Shown piece after piece: positions 34,426-43,060 of a DNA stretch of 64,000 nt. A model generated the notes under the pieces. That model did not search any database and had not been told where the DNA came from. It was given only the letters and a program-made list of their open reading frames with translations. Made by a program: the position numbers and the translations under genes. Location: the sequence record NC_019411.1. One strand, written 5' to 3'. Each line of letters begins with the position of its first letter. The first letter of the stretch is position 1.

Positions 34426-34802
34426 CAGGCCGCCACGAGCCCGGTGATCACGTCGGTGACGATGCGACGCTTCTCGGCCGGCATGCCCGCCAGCGCCAGG
34501 ATCGTCTTGGCGCCGATCTCGGCGACGGCGGTCTCGACGTCGGCCCGGCCGTCGGTCAGGAACGCCGGATCGTCGACCGGCGGATAGAAATGCCCGATGT
34601 CCTTCTTCAGGAACTGGGCCGCCTCATAGAGCTTCGAGGACGAGATGCGGTTATGCCCGCGCTCGTATTTCTGGACCTGCTGGAAGGTCACGCCGATCGC
34701 CTCGGCGAGTTGGCCTTGCGAGAAGCCGGCCGTCTTGCGGGTGTCGCGCAGCTTGCGCCCCACATAGACGTCGACGGGGTGCGGGGTCTTGTCGTCAGCC
34801 AT
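34425..34802 (-). CDS. XRE-family HTH transcriptional regulator (alphaproteobacterial type)
   Basis: PHPVDVYVGRKLR..R...G.SQ..LA..IGVTFQQVQKYERG.NRIS.SKL. Confidence 0.92.
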   Translation of the reverse strand: MADDKTPHPVDVYVGRKLRDTRKTAGFSQGQLAEAIGVTFQQVQKYERGHNRISSSKLYEAAQFLKKDIGHFYPPVDDPAFLTDGRADVETAVAEIGAKTILALAGMPAEKRRIVTDVITGLVAA

Positions 34803-35781
34803 GAGCGGCTTCCTCCTTCTGCTTCTTGGACCGCAGGTCGCGGCGGTGTTTAAAGGCCGCGCGCAGGGCCTGGGTGGTGTCGTCGTGCATGCCCAGGTCC
34901 GCCCCATCGGGCGCGACCACGCTGTTCTGGAGACCGAACCGATAGCCCTCGGCCGTCAGTTCATAGACCGCCTGCTCCTCGTGCATCTGGGCGAGGTGGC
35001 GATAATATTCGGCCAGCGCCAGTTCGTAGTCGCCCAGGAAGAGGCGCGCGTTGCGCTCGACGCCGGCGACCTCGGCGCGGAAGGTCAGCAGGAACCGCCC
35101 AGGCCCGACATGCGTCAGATTGTAGCCGTGTTCGGCCAGCACCTCGTCGACGGTCTTGGTGACCGTGTAGATGTGGAAGGTGTAGACGGCTTCGATGTGG
35201 GTGTCGTCGTAGAGATACTCGGACCGGTTTTGATGCTCGCCGATGTAGGGACCCCACTTGTGGTAGCGCCAGCCGCCGGACGCGGGCTGGTGCTCACGCC
35301 GGACTTCCACCATCGAGATGAAGTAGGGCGTGTCCGGATCGTCGATCAGGTCGGGGATGCAGGCGAGAAGCTGCTCGGGGCTGTCGCAGACGCCGTAGCT
35401 TTCGACCAGATAGGGGATGCGCCTATAGCCCTCGGGGACCGGCGGGACCTCGTCCAGGTACTCGGTGTCGAGCACCTCGATCTTGTACTTGTCGTGGAGC
35501 AGCTTGATCCGCGCCTCGCGGCGGTCTCCGTCGGCCTTGATCCAGGCCCGGACCGCAGCGCTGCGTTCCTCCTCGGTCTGCCCGCGTTCGTAGGGCGGAC
35601 CCCACTTGCTGTCGAGGTCCTCGATCTTTTCGACGATCTCGTACTCGGGATTCCAGGAGCCCATCGAGTAGACGCCCTGGTGGAGGCGAATGGGCTTGCG
35701 GGCGCGGTTGTTCATTTCCGCGATCATCTTGGCGATCGGGTCGACTTCCGAGGTGGGGCGCAGGGTGATGTCGTAGAGCAT
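34795..35781 (-). CDS. Hypothetical protein
   Basis: 328 aa; GGWR.HKWG.YIG motif. Confidence 0.75.
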   Translation of the reverse strand: MLYDITLRPTSEVDPIAKMIAEMNNRARKPIRLHQGVYSMGSWNPEYEIVEKIEDLDSKWGPPYERGQTEEERSAAVRAWIKADGDRREARIKLLHDKYKIEVLDTEYLDEVPPVPEGYRRIPYLVESYGVCDSPEQLLACIPDLIDDPDTPYFISMVEVRREHQPASGGWRYHKWGPYIGEHQNRSEYLYDDTHIEAVYTFHIYTVTKTVDEVLAEHGYNLTHVGPGRFLLTFRAEVAGVERNARLFLGDYELALAEYYRHLAQMHEEQAVYELTAEGYRFGLQNSVVAPDGADLGMHDDTTQALRAAFKHRRDLRSKKQKEEAAHG

Positions 35782-36062
35782 CAGGCGGCGCCCTGGGCGA
35801 TTTCGTAGGTGATCTTCGAGACGCCGATATCGACCACGAACCGGTCGGGCGAGCCGTCGAACACGTAGTTGGCCTGACACCCGATCGGCATCATCTTGCC
35901 GTTGTCCATCCAGATCGCGTCCGGCGTGGCCTCGACCACGCCGCGCACCTGCGCCTGGGCCGGAGAAGGTTGCATTTCCACGCCGCCCACGGTGATCGCC
36001 ACGGCCGCGAGACGCGCGCCCGGCTGGTTCAACTTGGCGATCAGGTCCTGGATCGAGTTCAC
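35781..36062 (-). CDS. Hypothetical protein (MNSIQDLI...)
   Basis: GTG after P13 SD AAGGAGG. Confidence 0.75.
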   Translation of the reverse strand: MNSIQDLIAKLNQPGARLAAVAITVGGVEMQPSPAQAQVRGVVEATPDAIWMDNGKMMPIGCQANYVFDGSPDRFVVDIGVSKITYEIAQGAA

Positions 36063-36066
36063 GCGG

Positions 36067-36136
36067 CCTCCTTCTGTCGTTGTGTCGACATAAGCTCTAG
36101 CCGTGGTTTTCCGGCCTGTCAACACACAACCGCCAA
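36067..36136 (-). promoter_or_regulatory. Promoter cassette P13
   Basis: TTGGC-9-TTGACA-17-TAGAGC; leader GACACAACGACAGAAGGAGG. Confidence 0.85.
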
Positions 36137-36141
36137 GGGTC

Positions 36142-36173
36142 AAAAGAAAACCGCCGCCCCGAAGGACGGCGGT
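36142..36173 (-). terminator. Rho-independent terminator
   Basis: ACCGCCGTCC-TTCG-GGGCGGCGGT then TTTCTTTT on minus strand. Confidence 0.9.
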
Positions 36174-36199
36174 CATGACAGAGCATGTCAGGAGGGACG

Positions 36200-38323
36200 T
36201 CAGACGTCCAGAGCGAAGACCGGCGGGGAGACGTCCGGCTTCTGAATGATGAATCCCCGATCCAAGAGGGGCGGGAAGACCTGCTTGAGCACGCCGGCCG
36301 CGACCCCGGCTTCCTCGGCGATTTCGGCGAACGTGAAGGCCTCGCGCTGACCGGCGCTGGCGACAAACAGATCGTTGAGCGCCAGGATCACCGCGCCCGC
36401 CGGACTGATCTCGTAGGCCATGTCGAAATTCGGGTCTTCCGATAGCCGCAGCAGGCCTTCCGCCTCCAGGTTCGCGATGAGCGCCTTGAGTTGGTCGACC
36501 TTGACCGCGCCAAGATGGGTTTGGATTTCCCAGGGCGTCGCCGGCTCCTCGGCGCGCACGGCTTGCAGCGTCGCGATCAAGGCGATCGCCGGCATGGCCC
36601 GCACGATCATCTCGTCGCCAACCGTCAGGTCCGGGGCGTTGACCAGCAGGTCATTGATCACCGCGTCGCCGTGGGTCTCGACATAGGTCCGCAGCCGCTT
36701 GAGGGCGACCAGGAAATCGTCCTTGGTGATCGGCTCGATGCGGAAGGTCAGGAGCGGGTCGGTCGGAATCTCCGAGAAGTAGGCCCGACCCCGGTGGCTC
36801 CAGCCCTCGACCACATGCAGGAAGAGATCGATCGGCATGGCGACGGCGCCAAAGCCCAGTCGCGCATCGTCCGTCGCCTCCTCGACCTGCGCCAAGGCGT
36901 TGTCGATCGCTTCGAGCGTGAAGCCCCCGACAAGGCCGTTTTCCGCCGCGTCCAGCACGTTGGCCGCTTCTTCGGTGCCGAGCCCTTCGACGACCATTTC
37001 CGAGGCCTCCTGAGCCGTTTCCTGCGGCAGGGCGTCGGCGAGCTTGCTCATCGCCTCGGCGACGCCGCTCGTATCGAGTTCCAGCTTCAGGGCCAGCTTC
37101 TCGGGACGCGCCGAGTAGGGCACGCCCTGGATCACCACGGCGCCCAGGTCGCCGACGACGCGCTTGGTCACTTCCAGATAGGCGTAGCGCGAGGCGGCGT
37201 TGAGCAACGACAGCCGTTCGAAGACGATCTGCTGCTCCTGCTCGCGCGACAGGATGCCCGTCTCCAGGATGAACAGCGGCTCGGAGCCATCCAGCGGGGG
37301 CTTGGCCTCGCCGTCGTCTTCCGGAAGGTCCTCGTCGAAATCGGCGCCGCTGATCGGCTCGCTCTCCGGCGGGGTGAAGCGGATGCCCGGCTCGCGGGGC
37401 GGTTCGGCGGGAGTGGCGTCGTCGAGAGGCATGTCGGTCCTTTGAGGCTTGGAGGTGATGAAGAGCGTGGTGAGATCGACGTCCCAGACCCCGCGCCCGT
37501 CGGTGAAGAGCGCCATGAAGGTCCCCAGGCGCGCATCCCAGCGGATGGTCTGGATCACGCCGTTGACGTCGCCATAGACGCCGGTCGCCCCCACGAGTTC
37601 ATCGCGCAGGACCTCCGCATGGTCGTGGCACTCGCCGAGCGTCGCCGGGCGCACGGCGTGGAACGGGTATTGCTGGTAGGCGCCCGGCGGCGAGACGAGG
37701 CGGACATTGACGTAGAGCGGCCCCAGATAGGTGTGGGCGTCGCGCAGGAAGCCGACCACGGTCTCCCCGTCGTTCTGGGTCGCCACCACGGGCATGCCGG
37801 CGCAGTTAGCCGTCAGGACCGCCGGATAGTCCTGGGGATAGGCCACGGCGTACAGGTGGAGATGATCACCCCGGCGCTGGGCCTTCCAGTCGGCGACACA
37901 CCAAGCCGCCACCCGCGTGGCCCCGAACTCCGGCGTCTCCTCGATCAAGACGCCGCCGTCCGGAAGGTCCGCCTGCCCGACGTAAGGAACGACCTCGCTA
38001 TGGCTGACGCTCCAGGCGGGCTTGGGAAATTGCGGGGTGATCATGAGCTTCTCGGTGAAGGTGAGATTGATGGCGTCGGCGTAGTGAACATACGGGCCGA
38101 CCGGGGTAGTCCAGGGCGGATCACCCTTGCGGATGTCCGACAGCGGCACCGCGACGTGCCTGCCGTTGGGCTGGACGATGTCGGCCAGGATGCGCGGCGG
38201 CTGGTGCATCAGGGTCACGACGTGCCCCTCGCCCGCCTCGAAGGTGCGGCTCTTGGGCCACCAGACCTTGGACCCGGTCCAGTGGATCGACTGGATGACG
38301 AGGTCTTGTTCGGTCCCGATCAT
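36200..38323 (-). CDS. Large multidomain hypothetical, acidic centre, two C-terminal winged-helix-like segments
   Basis: 707 aa; LIANLEAEGLL...YEISPAG and TFAEIAEEAGV...LLDRGFI. Confidence 0.75.
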   Translation of the reverse strand: MIGTEQDLVIQSIHWTGSKVWWPKSRTFEAGEGHVVTLMHQPPRILADIVQPNGRHVAVPLSDIRKGDPPWTTPVGPYVHYADAINLTFTEKLMITPQFPKPAWSVSHSEVVPYVGQADLPDGGVLIEETPEFGATRVAAWCVADWKAQRRGDHLHLYAVAYPQDYPAVLTANCAGMPVVATQNDGETVVGFLRDAHTYLGPLYVNVRLVSPPGAYQQYPFHAVRPATLGECHDHAEVLRDELVGATGVYGDVNGVIQTIRWDARLGTFMALFTDGRGVWDVDLTTLFITSKPQRTDMPLDDATPAEPPREPGIRFTPPESEPISGADFDEDLPEDDGEAKPPLDGSEPLFILETGILSREQEQQIVFERLSLLNAASRYAYLEVTKRVVGDLGAVVIQGVPYSARPEKLALKLELDTSGVAEAMSKLADALPQETAQEASEMVVEGLGTEEAANVLDAAENGLVGGFTLEAIDNALAQVEEATDDARLGFGAVAMPIDLFLHVVEGWSHRGRAYFSEIPTDPLLTFRIEPITKDDFLVALKRLRTYVETHGDAVINDLLVNAPDLTVGDEMIVRAMPAIALIATLQAVRAEEPATPWEIQTHLGAVKVDQLKALIANLEAEGLLRLSEDPNFDMAYEISPAGAVILALNDLFVASAGQREAFTFAEIAEEAGVAAGVLKQVFPPLLDRGFIIQKPDVSPPVFALDV

Positions 38324-38745
38324 GCGGACGCCGCCGCGCCGGCCGGCGTCAAGCCGTAGATGGTGGGGCCGCGCGGCGACTTGCCGAGCGCGACCACTTC
38401 CAGATAGCCCATATTATTCAAAGCCTTGGCTGTTTCATGATCGGGGTGATCGTTGAAGACGTTGAGGCGCCCGCCCTCGCCCATCGCCTGGGCGGCGCGC
38501 AGAAGACTCGCCTCGGCTTCGGTCAGGGTGACCAAGGCGACGTCCTCCAGCGCCACGTCGATCACGCAGGTCTGACCCTGGTGAACGAACTCGATGATCG
38601 CCAGCCGGCGATAGGTCCCCGGCAGGACCGCGAGGCAGACGCCTCGGACCTCGACCTTCTGGCGGGCGGTGATCGGGAGATAGAGGCTCGTCTTGACGGC
38701 CTTGCCCTTGAGGGACAGATGCTCGTGCGTCGCCAGCGGGATCAT
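38320..38745 (-). CDS. Hypothetical protein with C-terminal winged-helix-like segment
   Basis: LT.AE..LL...AKALNNMGYL...YGLTPAG. Confidence 0.65.
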   Translation of the reverse strand: MIPLATHEHLSLKGKAVKTSLYLPITARQKVEVRGVCLAVLPGTYRRLAIIEFVHQGQTCVIDVALEDVALVTLTEAEASLLRAAQAMGEGGRLNVFNDHPDHETAKALNNMGYLEVVALGKSPRGPTIYGLTPAGAAASA

Positions 38746-38987
38746 GGCTCGACCTTCCGGACAGTGTAGGAGAATTCGTCGTGGACGCGACCGTCGAAAC
38801 TAGCCTCGTAGCCGGGGCCGAGTTCGGCCAGGATGCGCGCCTCGATCTCGGCGAAGTCGATGTTCGCCATCGCCTGTTCGGCCGCCCGCATCTGCTGGAG
38901 GAAGCCGTCCTTGATCTGGCGCCCCGCCTCGGTGCGGATCGGGATGTTCTGGATCGGCGGCTCGGATTTCGACAGACGCTCGCCCAT
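38742..38987 (-). CDS. Miniature family-A DNA polymerase palm-like protein (81 aa)
   Basis: [28 protein letters not shown] ~ Pol I [40 protein letters not shown] ~ motif A ADYSQIELRIMA; RVHDEF ~ motif C QVHDEL; coupled on both sides (TGATG, ATGA). Confidence 0.75.
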   Translation of the reverse strand: [81 protein letters not shown]

Positions 38988-39535
38988 CAGGCCCTCCGGC
39001 GATAGACCCGCACCGGGCGGGTGGGGAGGCGTTTCTCGGGCGGCTTGTAGGCGACCAGGGCATGGCTGATGCAGTAGACGCCTGCCTCGGCGCGGCACCC
39101 GCAATGGCCAAAGTCCGGCGAGTTCGGGTCGCCATAGGGCCAGCGGCACATTCCGCGCTTGAGTTCGGCCGTCGCGAACAGCCGCGCCGGGCGCGGCGGG
39201 ATGACCGCCGTTCCTTCGGGGACCAGGGCGAGCTTGGGCTTGGCCGGCGGAGCGGGCTTTTCGACCTTCTTGGGCTTGCGCGCCGTGGCCTTCTTGACCT
39301 TGCGGACCTGGATGCCCAGGCCGCGCGTCTTCTTGCGGCGGGCGGTCGGAGGCGGAACCTTCTCGCCCAGTTCGCCGGCGGCCTTCAGTCGGTCGGCCTT
39401 GCCGCAGACGGCGCTCTTGGTGCGCGGCACGCTCAGGCGCTGACCGATCTCCTTGGTCCCGACCGGCTCCGCCCAGAGCTTCTTGAGCAGGGCGATGTCC
39501 TCGTCCGGCCAGTCGGAATTCCGCTTCTTCACCAC
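38987..39535 (-). CDS. gcrA: GcrA cell-cycle regulator homologue
   Basis: W.DE.I..LKKLW......EI...L....TKSAV.GK..RL; C-terminal EL....CRWP.GDP...DF..CG.......YC..H...AY. Confidence 0.92.
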   Translation of the reverse strand: MVKKRNSDWPDEDIALLKKLWAEPVGTKEIGQRLSVPRTKSAVCGKADRLKAAGELGEKVPPPTARRKKTRGLGIQVRKVKKATARKPKKVEKPAPPAKPKLALVPEGTAVIPPRPARLFATAELKRGMCRWPYGDPNSPDFGHCGCRAEAGVYCISHALVAYKPPEKRLPTRPVRVYRRRA

Positions 39536-39542
39536 GCTTGCA

Positions 39543-39722
39543 CTACTCCTTGATCTCGACGCTCTTGGGCGGATTGGGATGAGGAACGAAGACCAGGGCC
39601 ACGTCCTGACCGCCGGTATAGCGCGTGCGCCGACTGTAGAGCCAGCCGCCTTCCACCGCCAACCGCTCGGTCACCTGACCATCGGCTTCGTCGATCTTTT
39701 CCCACTTGGACTTCTTAGCCAT
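39543..39722 (-). CDS. 59-aa hypothetical (MAKKSKWEKID...RLAVEGGWLY...LVFVP)
   Basis: Hand translation; GAGGGG SD; first gene of left arm. Confidence 0.75.
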   Translation of the reverse strand: MAKKSKWEKIDEADGQVTERLAVEGGWLYSRRTRYTGGQDVALVFVPHPNPPKSVEIKE

Positions 39723-39743
39723 CTTCCCCTCGAATTTGGCGGC

Positions 39744-39772
39744 ACCCTAGAGGAGCGTTCGAGTGTTGACAA
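39744..39772 (-). promoter_or_regulatory. Leftward promoter P14
   Basis: TTGTCA-17-TAGGGT on minus strand, using the first TTGACAA copy backwards. Confidence 0.65.
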
Positions 39773-39806
39773 GCACCAATGTCGCTGGCTTTCGAGTGTT
39801 GACAAG
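39758..39806. repeat. Tandem 16-nt direct repeat TTCGAGTGTTGACAAG x2 at the strand-switch point
   Basis: Identical copies at 39758-39773 and 39791-39806. Confidence 0.9.
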
Positions 39807-39851
39807 TCCGGTGCTCGTCTATAGGGGAGACCGGGACGACAACGAAAGGAG
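39785..39851 (+). promoter_or_regulatory. Promoter cassette P15
   Basis: CTGGC-9-TTGACA-17-TAGGGG-7-GACGACAACGAAAGGAG-ATG. Confidence 0.88.
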
Positions 39852-39857
39852 CCTGCC

Positions 39858-40166
39858 ATGCGCTATGTGCTCGACTATGCCGACGACCGGGACAAGCCGG
39901 TCTACACCGATTTCCAGGCCGGCGACCGCAAGGCGGCCATCGCCAAGGCCAAGCGCCTGCTCGCCAAGGCGATCAAGACCGTCGATTTCTCGCTCCACGG
40001 GGCCTACATCTTCGTCGATCCGACGGGCGTCGCCCGCGACGTCGACGACATGATCCCGTTCGGGATGCTGAGCACGATGGCCTACGCCAGCATCGTCACC
40101 CCGTCGATGATCTCGTTCGACGACCGCGACGCCAAGGCCGCGATCGCCACGAGGCTCGCCCAATGA
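39858..40166 (+). CDS. Hypothetical protein
   Basis: First gene of right arm, AAGGAG SD. Confidence 0.8.
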   Translation: MRYVLDYADDRDKPVYTDFQAGDRKAAIAKAKRLLAKAIKTVDFSLHGAYIFVDPTGVARDVDDMIPFGMLSTMAYASIVTPSMISFDDRDAKAAIATRLAQ

Positions 40167-40375
40167 TGGATCGTCAGGACGTCCAGCCCGGCTTCATCTA
40201 TCGCGGCGGCAAGAACGGAACCCTGCGTCAGATCGTGAGCTATGGGGCGACCGAGGATTTCGTCTGCTGGGCCAATCCCCACGACCGCCTGCCCTACGGC
40301 GGCTTCATCTCCACCATCTGCACGTCCAGGACGTCGTTCGCCCGCTGGGCCGACAAGATCGAGGAAGAGGTCTGA
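40163..40375 (+). CDS. Hypothetical protein
   Basis: ATGA overlap. Confidence 0.7.
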   Translation: MMDRQDVQPGFIYRGGKNGTLRQIVSYGATEDFVCWANPHDRLPYGGFISTICTSRTSFARWADKIEEEV

Positions 40376-40647
40376 TGAACACCTTCTTCCTCCGGCAGAC
40401 CAAGCGGGACGAGCAGGGTCGACGCTACTTCGAGTTCGTCGATCCTGACCTGACCCAGCGCCTCTATGTCCGCAAGCCGCCGGACGAATGGTCCGAGGGC
40501 TTCCCGATCGTCCTGGAGGACTTCGTCAATGGCAAGCCCGCCGGCTCCATCATCTGCCCGGCCGGAAAGAAGCGGGGCCACGGCTTCGCGGCCTTCTTCA
40601 AGGCCAACCCCAAGGATTTCCGCAAGCTCAAGAAAGGCCGCCTATGA
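40375..40647 (+). CDS. Hypothetical protein
   Basis: TGATG overlap. Confidence 0.7.
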   Translation: MNTFFLRQTKRDEQGRRYFEFVDPDLTQRLYVRKPPDEWSEGFPIVLEDFVNGKPAGSIICPAGKKRGHGFAAFFKANPKDFRKLKKGRL

Positions 40648-40910
40648 GGATTCCCCAGCCCGTCGAATTCACCGTGGCCGACCTCATCGCCCACCTTGCG
40701 ACCCTTCCCCAGGACGCCAAGGTTGGCGTGCGTGGCGGGTTCGGGGGCTTCCGGCCGCTCGACGAGATCGCCCCGATCGAACTCGTCACCCTCTATGGCG
40801 AGGACGAGACTGACCGGCTGACCCTGGCGACCGCCGATCCCATCGCCCAGAAGTGGATGGCCCAGGAGTCCCGCGCTGGCGAGCCCTTCACCGCCATCAT
40901 TCTCGACTAG
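40644..40910 (+). CDS. Hypothetical protein (MRIPQPVEF...)
   Basis: ATGA overlap. Confidence 0.7.
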   Translation: MRIPQPVEFTVADLIAHLATLPQDAKVGVRGGFGGFRPLDEIAPIELVTLYGEDETDRLTLATADPIAQKWMAQESRAGEPFTAIILD

Positions 40911-40918
40911 GAGGACCC

Positions 40919-41158
40919 ATGACGAACCGTGTCTGGATTGAACTCGAACCGTCCGCGACCGAGGGGCACGCCCGCGCCGCCGCCGCGTCGGCCATGCTGA
41001 AGCGCCTGGGTGTCGACGTCGGCGTCCACAAGCCGGTGTTCTGGCACGAGCGCAATGAGCGCTACTGCTTCACGCTCGACGCCTCGGGCGTCTACGTCGA
41101 GGCCGACGACCACGGCCACTGGTACAACCTCGATTTCCTGGCGGGCGCCGATGTCTGA
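40919..41158 (+). CDS. Hypothetical protein (MTNRVWIE...)
   Basis: AGGAGG SD. Confidence 0.7.
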   Translation: MTNRVWIELEPSATEGHARAAAASAMLKRLGVDVGVHKPVFWHERNERYCFTLDASGVYVEADDHGHWYNLDFLAGADV

Positions 41159-41546
41159 GGTCTTCCCGCCGATCCGCCCCCGCGAGGCCAGGGACGAGGA
41201 AATCCACGGCTTCGTCGTCCGCTACGGCTGGTTCTGGAACGTGACCCTGCTGAACGGCACGATCCTGGCCTTCGATCCCGACGATGTCGACCCCTGCCGC
41301 TACGGCGTGACGGGCAAGGACGACTTTCGCAACCTCGCCGGCGCGCCTGAGACGATCGCGGCCTACGAGTGCGTCCAGGGCTGGCACGCCAAGGCCAAGC
41401 ACCTCTCGGGCTGGACCGAACGTCACGACGACCGGCTCGAAGCCCTGCGGACGGCTTATCGCCGCCTGGAGGAGCAGCGCGAGCGCAACAGCCGCGCCCT
41501 GGAGGAGCACGGCGGCATCTTCAAGTTTCTGGAAGGTCAGGACTGA
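41151..41546 (+). CDS. Hypothetical protein (MSEVFPP...)
   Basis: Overlap coupling. Confidence 0.7.
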   Translation: MSEVFPPIRPREARDEEIHGFVVRYGWFWNVTLLNGTILAFDPDDVDPCRYGVTGKDDFRNLAGAPETIAAYECVQGWHAKAKHLSGWTERHDDRLEALRTAYRRLEEQRERNSRALEEHGGIFKFLEGQD

Positions 41547-41788
41547 TGCAGAGGACCCTCCATTCGACCGGCCAGGAACTTTCGGTCAAGTTCAAGTTCC
41601 CGAGTGAAAACCTGACCTTAACCGTGCATGCCGAACAGGACAGCCCGATGGCGTTCCTTTGGGTCGAAGGCCGCTCGGTCGACTATTTCGAGAAGCTCCT
41701 GAGCTTCGAGCCGGCCGATCTCGATCTCCTGATCGCCACCCTGTCCGAGGCGCGCAAGATGATCCGCGAGCGCGAGCCGCAGGACTGA
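41546..41788 (+). CDS. Hypothetical protein (MQRTLH...)
   Basis: TGATG overlap. Confidence 0.65.
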   Translation: MQRTLHSTGQELSVKFKFPSENLTLTVHAEQDSPMAFLWVEGRSVDYFEKLLSFEPADLDLLIATLSEARKMIREREPQD

Positions 41789-41789
41789 C

Positions 41790-42044
41790 ATGCTGACCAA
41801 GGACGAGATCACCTTCGCGGGCCTGATCAAGGCCATGGAGGACGCCCGACGCACCGCCAAGGCGGCGGGCGATCTCGTCAGCACGGCCGAGATCGACCGC
41901 TGGTTCAAGGAACACGCGCCGATCATCCGGGAGGTCCGCGACAAAGCCGAGGCCGACGAATTCGACGCTGGCGCGAGAGTGTTGACAGCCTCTGAGGAAG
42001 GGGCTAAAGACACCCTCGACGACAGCGAAAGGAGCCTGCCTTGA
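41790..42044 (+). CDS. Hypothetical protein; 3' end carries P16
   Basis: ORF track; AGGA SD. Confidence 0.65.
   Translation: MLTKDEITFAGLIKAMEDARRTAKAAGDLVSTAEIDRWFKEHAPIIREVRDKAEADEFDAGARVLTASEEGAKDTLDDSERSLP
41968..42034 (+). promoter_or_regulatory. Promoter cassette P16
   Basis: CTGGC-9-TTGACA-17-TAAAGA-7-GACGACAGCGAAAGGAG-TTG. Confidence 0.88.
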
Positions 42045-43060
42045 CCGACTTCCCGATCATCCGCGCCGCCATCTCGCCCCGCCGGGCCGCCCAGTTCGAC
42101 GCCGCCCTGGCGAACGTGAAGGCCTTCACCGAGGAAGGCGTCCTGATCAAGGCCGAGTGGAACGACATCAAGGACACGTTCAGCCGCGCGATCGCCGAGA
42201 CCTGGGACGCGTTCAAGGACAAGGAATACTACCCCCGCGCCCGCCAGGGCGAGCACGAGAACGTCGGCAAGCTCTACTGGGAGCTTCTGAGCCCCTACCC
42301 CCATGTGCTGGCCGGCTATCTGAAGAAGGTCCAGAACGCCAAGAACATCGAGCCGGCGATCCTGCGCGACTTCCCGATCGCCTTCTTCACCGAGGCCCTG
42401 CCGCTCAACGACATGCTGGTCGCCCTGAAGCCGCTGATCGGCAAGCGCGCGCCGAAGAAGACCAAGGTCCAGATCGAGCGCGAGGGCAAGGAGCGGACCT
42501 GTCAGGTCTGCGGTCGCGGCATCCTGGCCGAGAACGGCCGGATCGCCCACCACGGCTATCAGCGCCCCGGCATGGGCTATCAGACCCCCTCGTGCAGCGG
42601 CGCCCTGGAACTGCCCTTCGAGATCAGCCGCGACGCCTTGGGCGCCGACATCGAGAACCTGAAGGCCTACCGCGCCCGCCGCCAGACCTATCGCTCCGAC
42701 GTCAACCTCGAACTGGTCAGCCTGCCGGTCAAGTATCAGGTCTCCGAGCAGGACCCGCGCCGCGCGCCGGGTTTCAAGCACGTGGTCGACAAGATGATCC
42801 ACGTCACCCGCGCCGACTGGGACGCCCAGAAAGCTGAAACCCCCGAGGCCTTCGCCGGCAAGTACGGGCCGCGCAAGCCCAACTACACCTACGAGCCCTT
42901 CACCTTCGACGCCCTGAAGACCCAGGTCCTGGGCATGGTCGACGGCGAGATCGAGTTCATCACCGGCACGATCCGGGCGCAGCAGAAGCGCTATGACGAC
43001 TGGAAGCAGACGATGGAGTTCGTCGACGGCCAGTATCGGATGCTGGAGGTCGCGGCTTGA
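42041..43060 (+). CDS. Hypothetical protein with Zn-binding motif
   Basis: RTCQVC...IAHHGYQRP..G.QT.SC.G. Confidence 0.8.
   Translation: MTDFPIIRAAISPRRAAQFDAALANVKAFTEEGVLIKAEWNDIKDTFSRAIAETWDAFKDKEYYPRARQGEHENVGKLYWELLSPYPHVLAGYLKKVQNAKNIEPAILRDFPIAFFTEALPLNDMLVALKPLIGKRAPKKTKVQIEREGKERTCQVCGRGILAENGRIAHHGYQRPGMGYQTPSCSGALELPFEISRDALGADIENLKAYRARRQTYRSDVNLELVSLPVKYQVSEQDPRRAPGFKHVVDKMIHVTRADWDAQKAETPEAFAGKYGPRKPNYTYEPFTFDALKTQVLGMVDGEIEFITGTIRAQQKRYDDWKQTMEFVDGQYRMLEVAA

Noticed and set aside
38742-38987. Reading the mini-PolA as a degraded pseudogene
   Set aside because: No flanking polymerase remnants seen, the ORF is intact and coupled on both sides, and only the most conserved blocks are retained; not excluded without comparative data.
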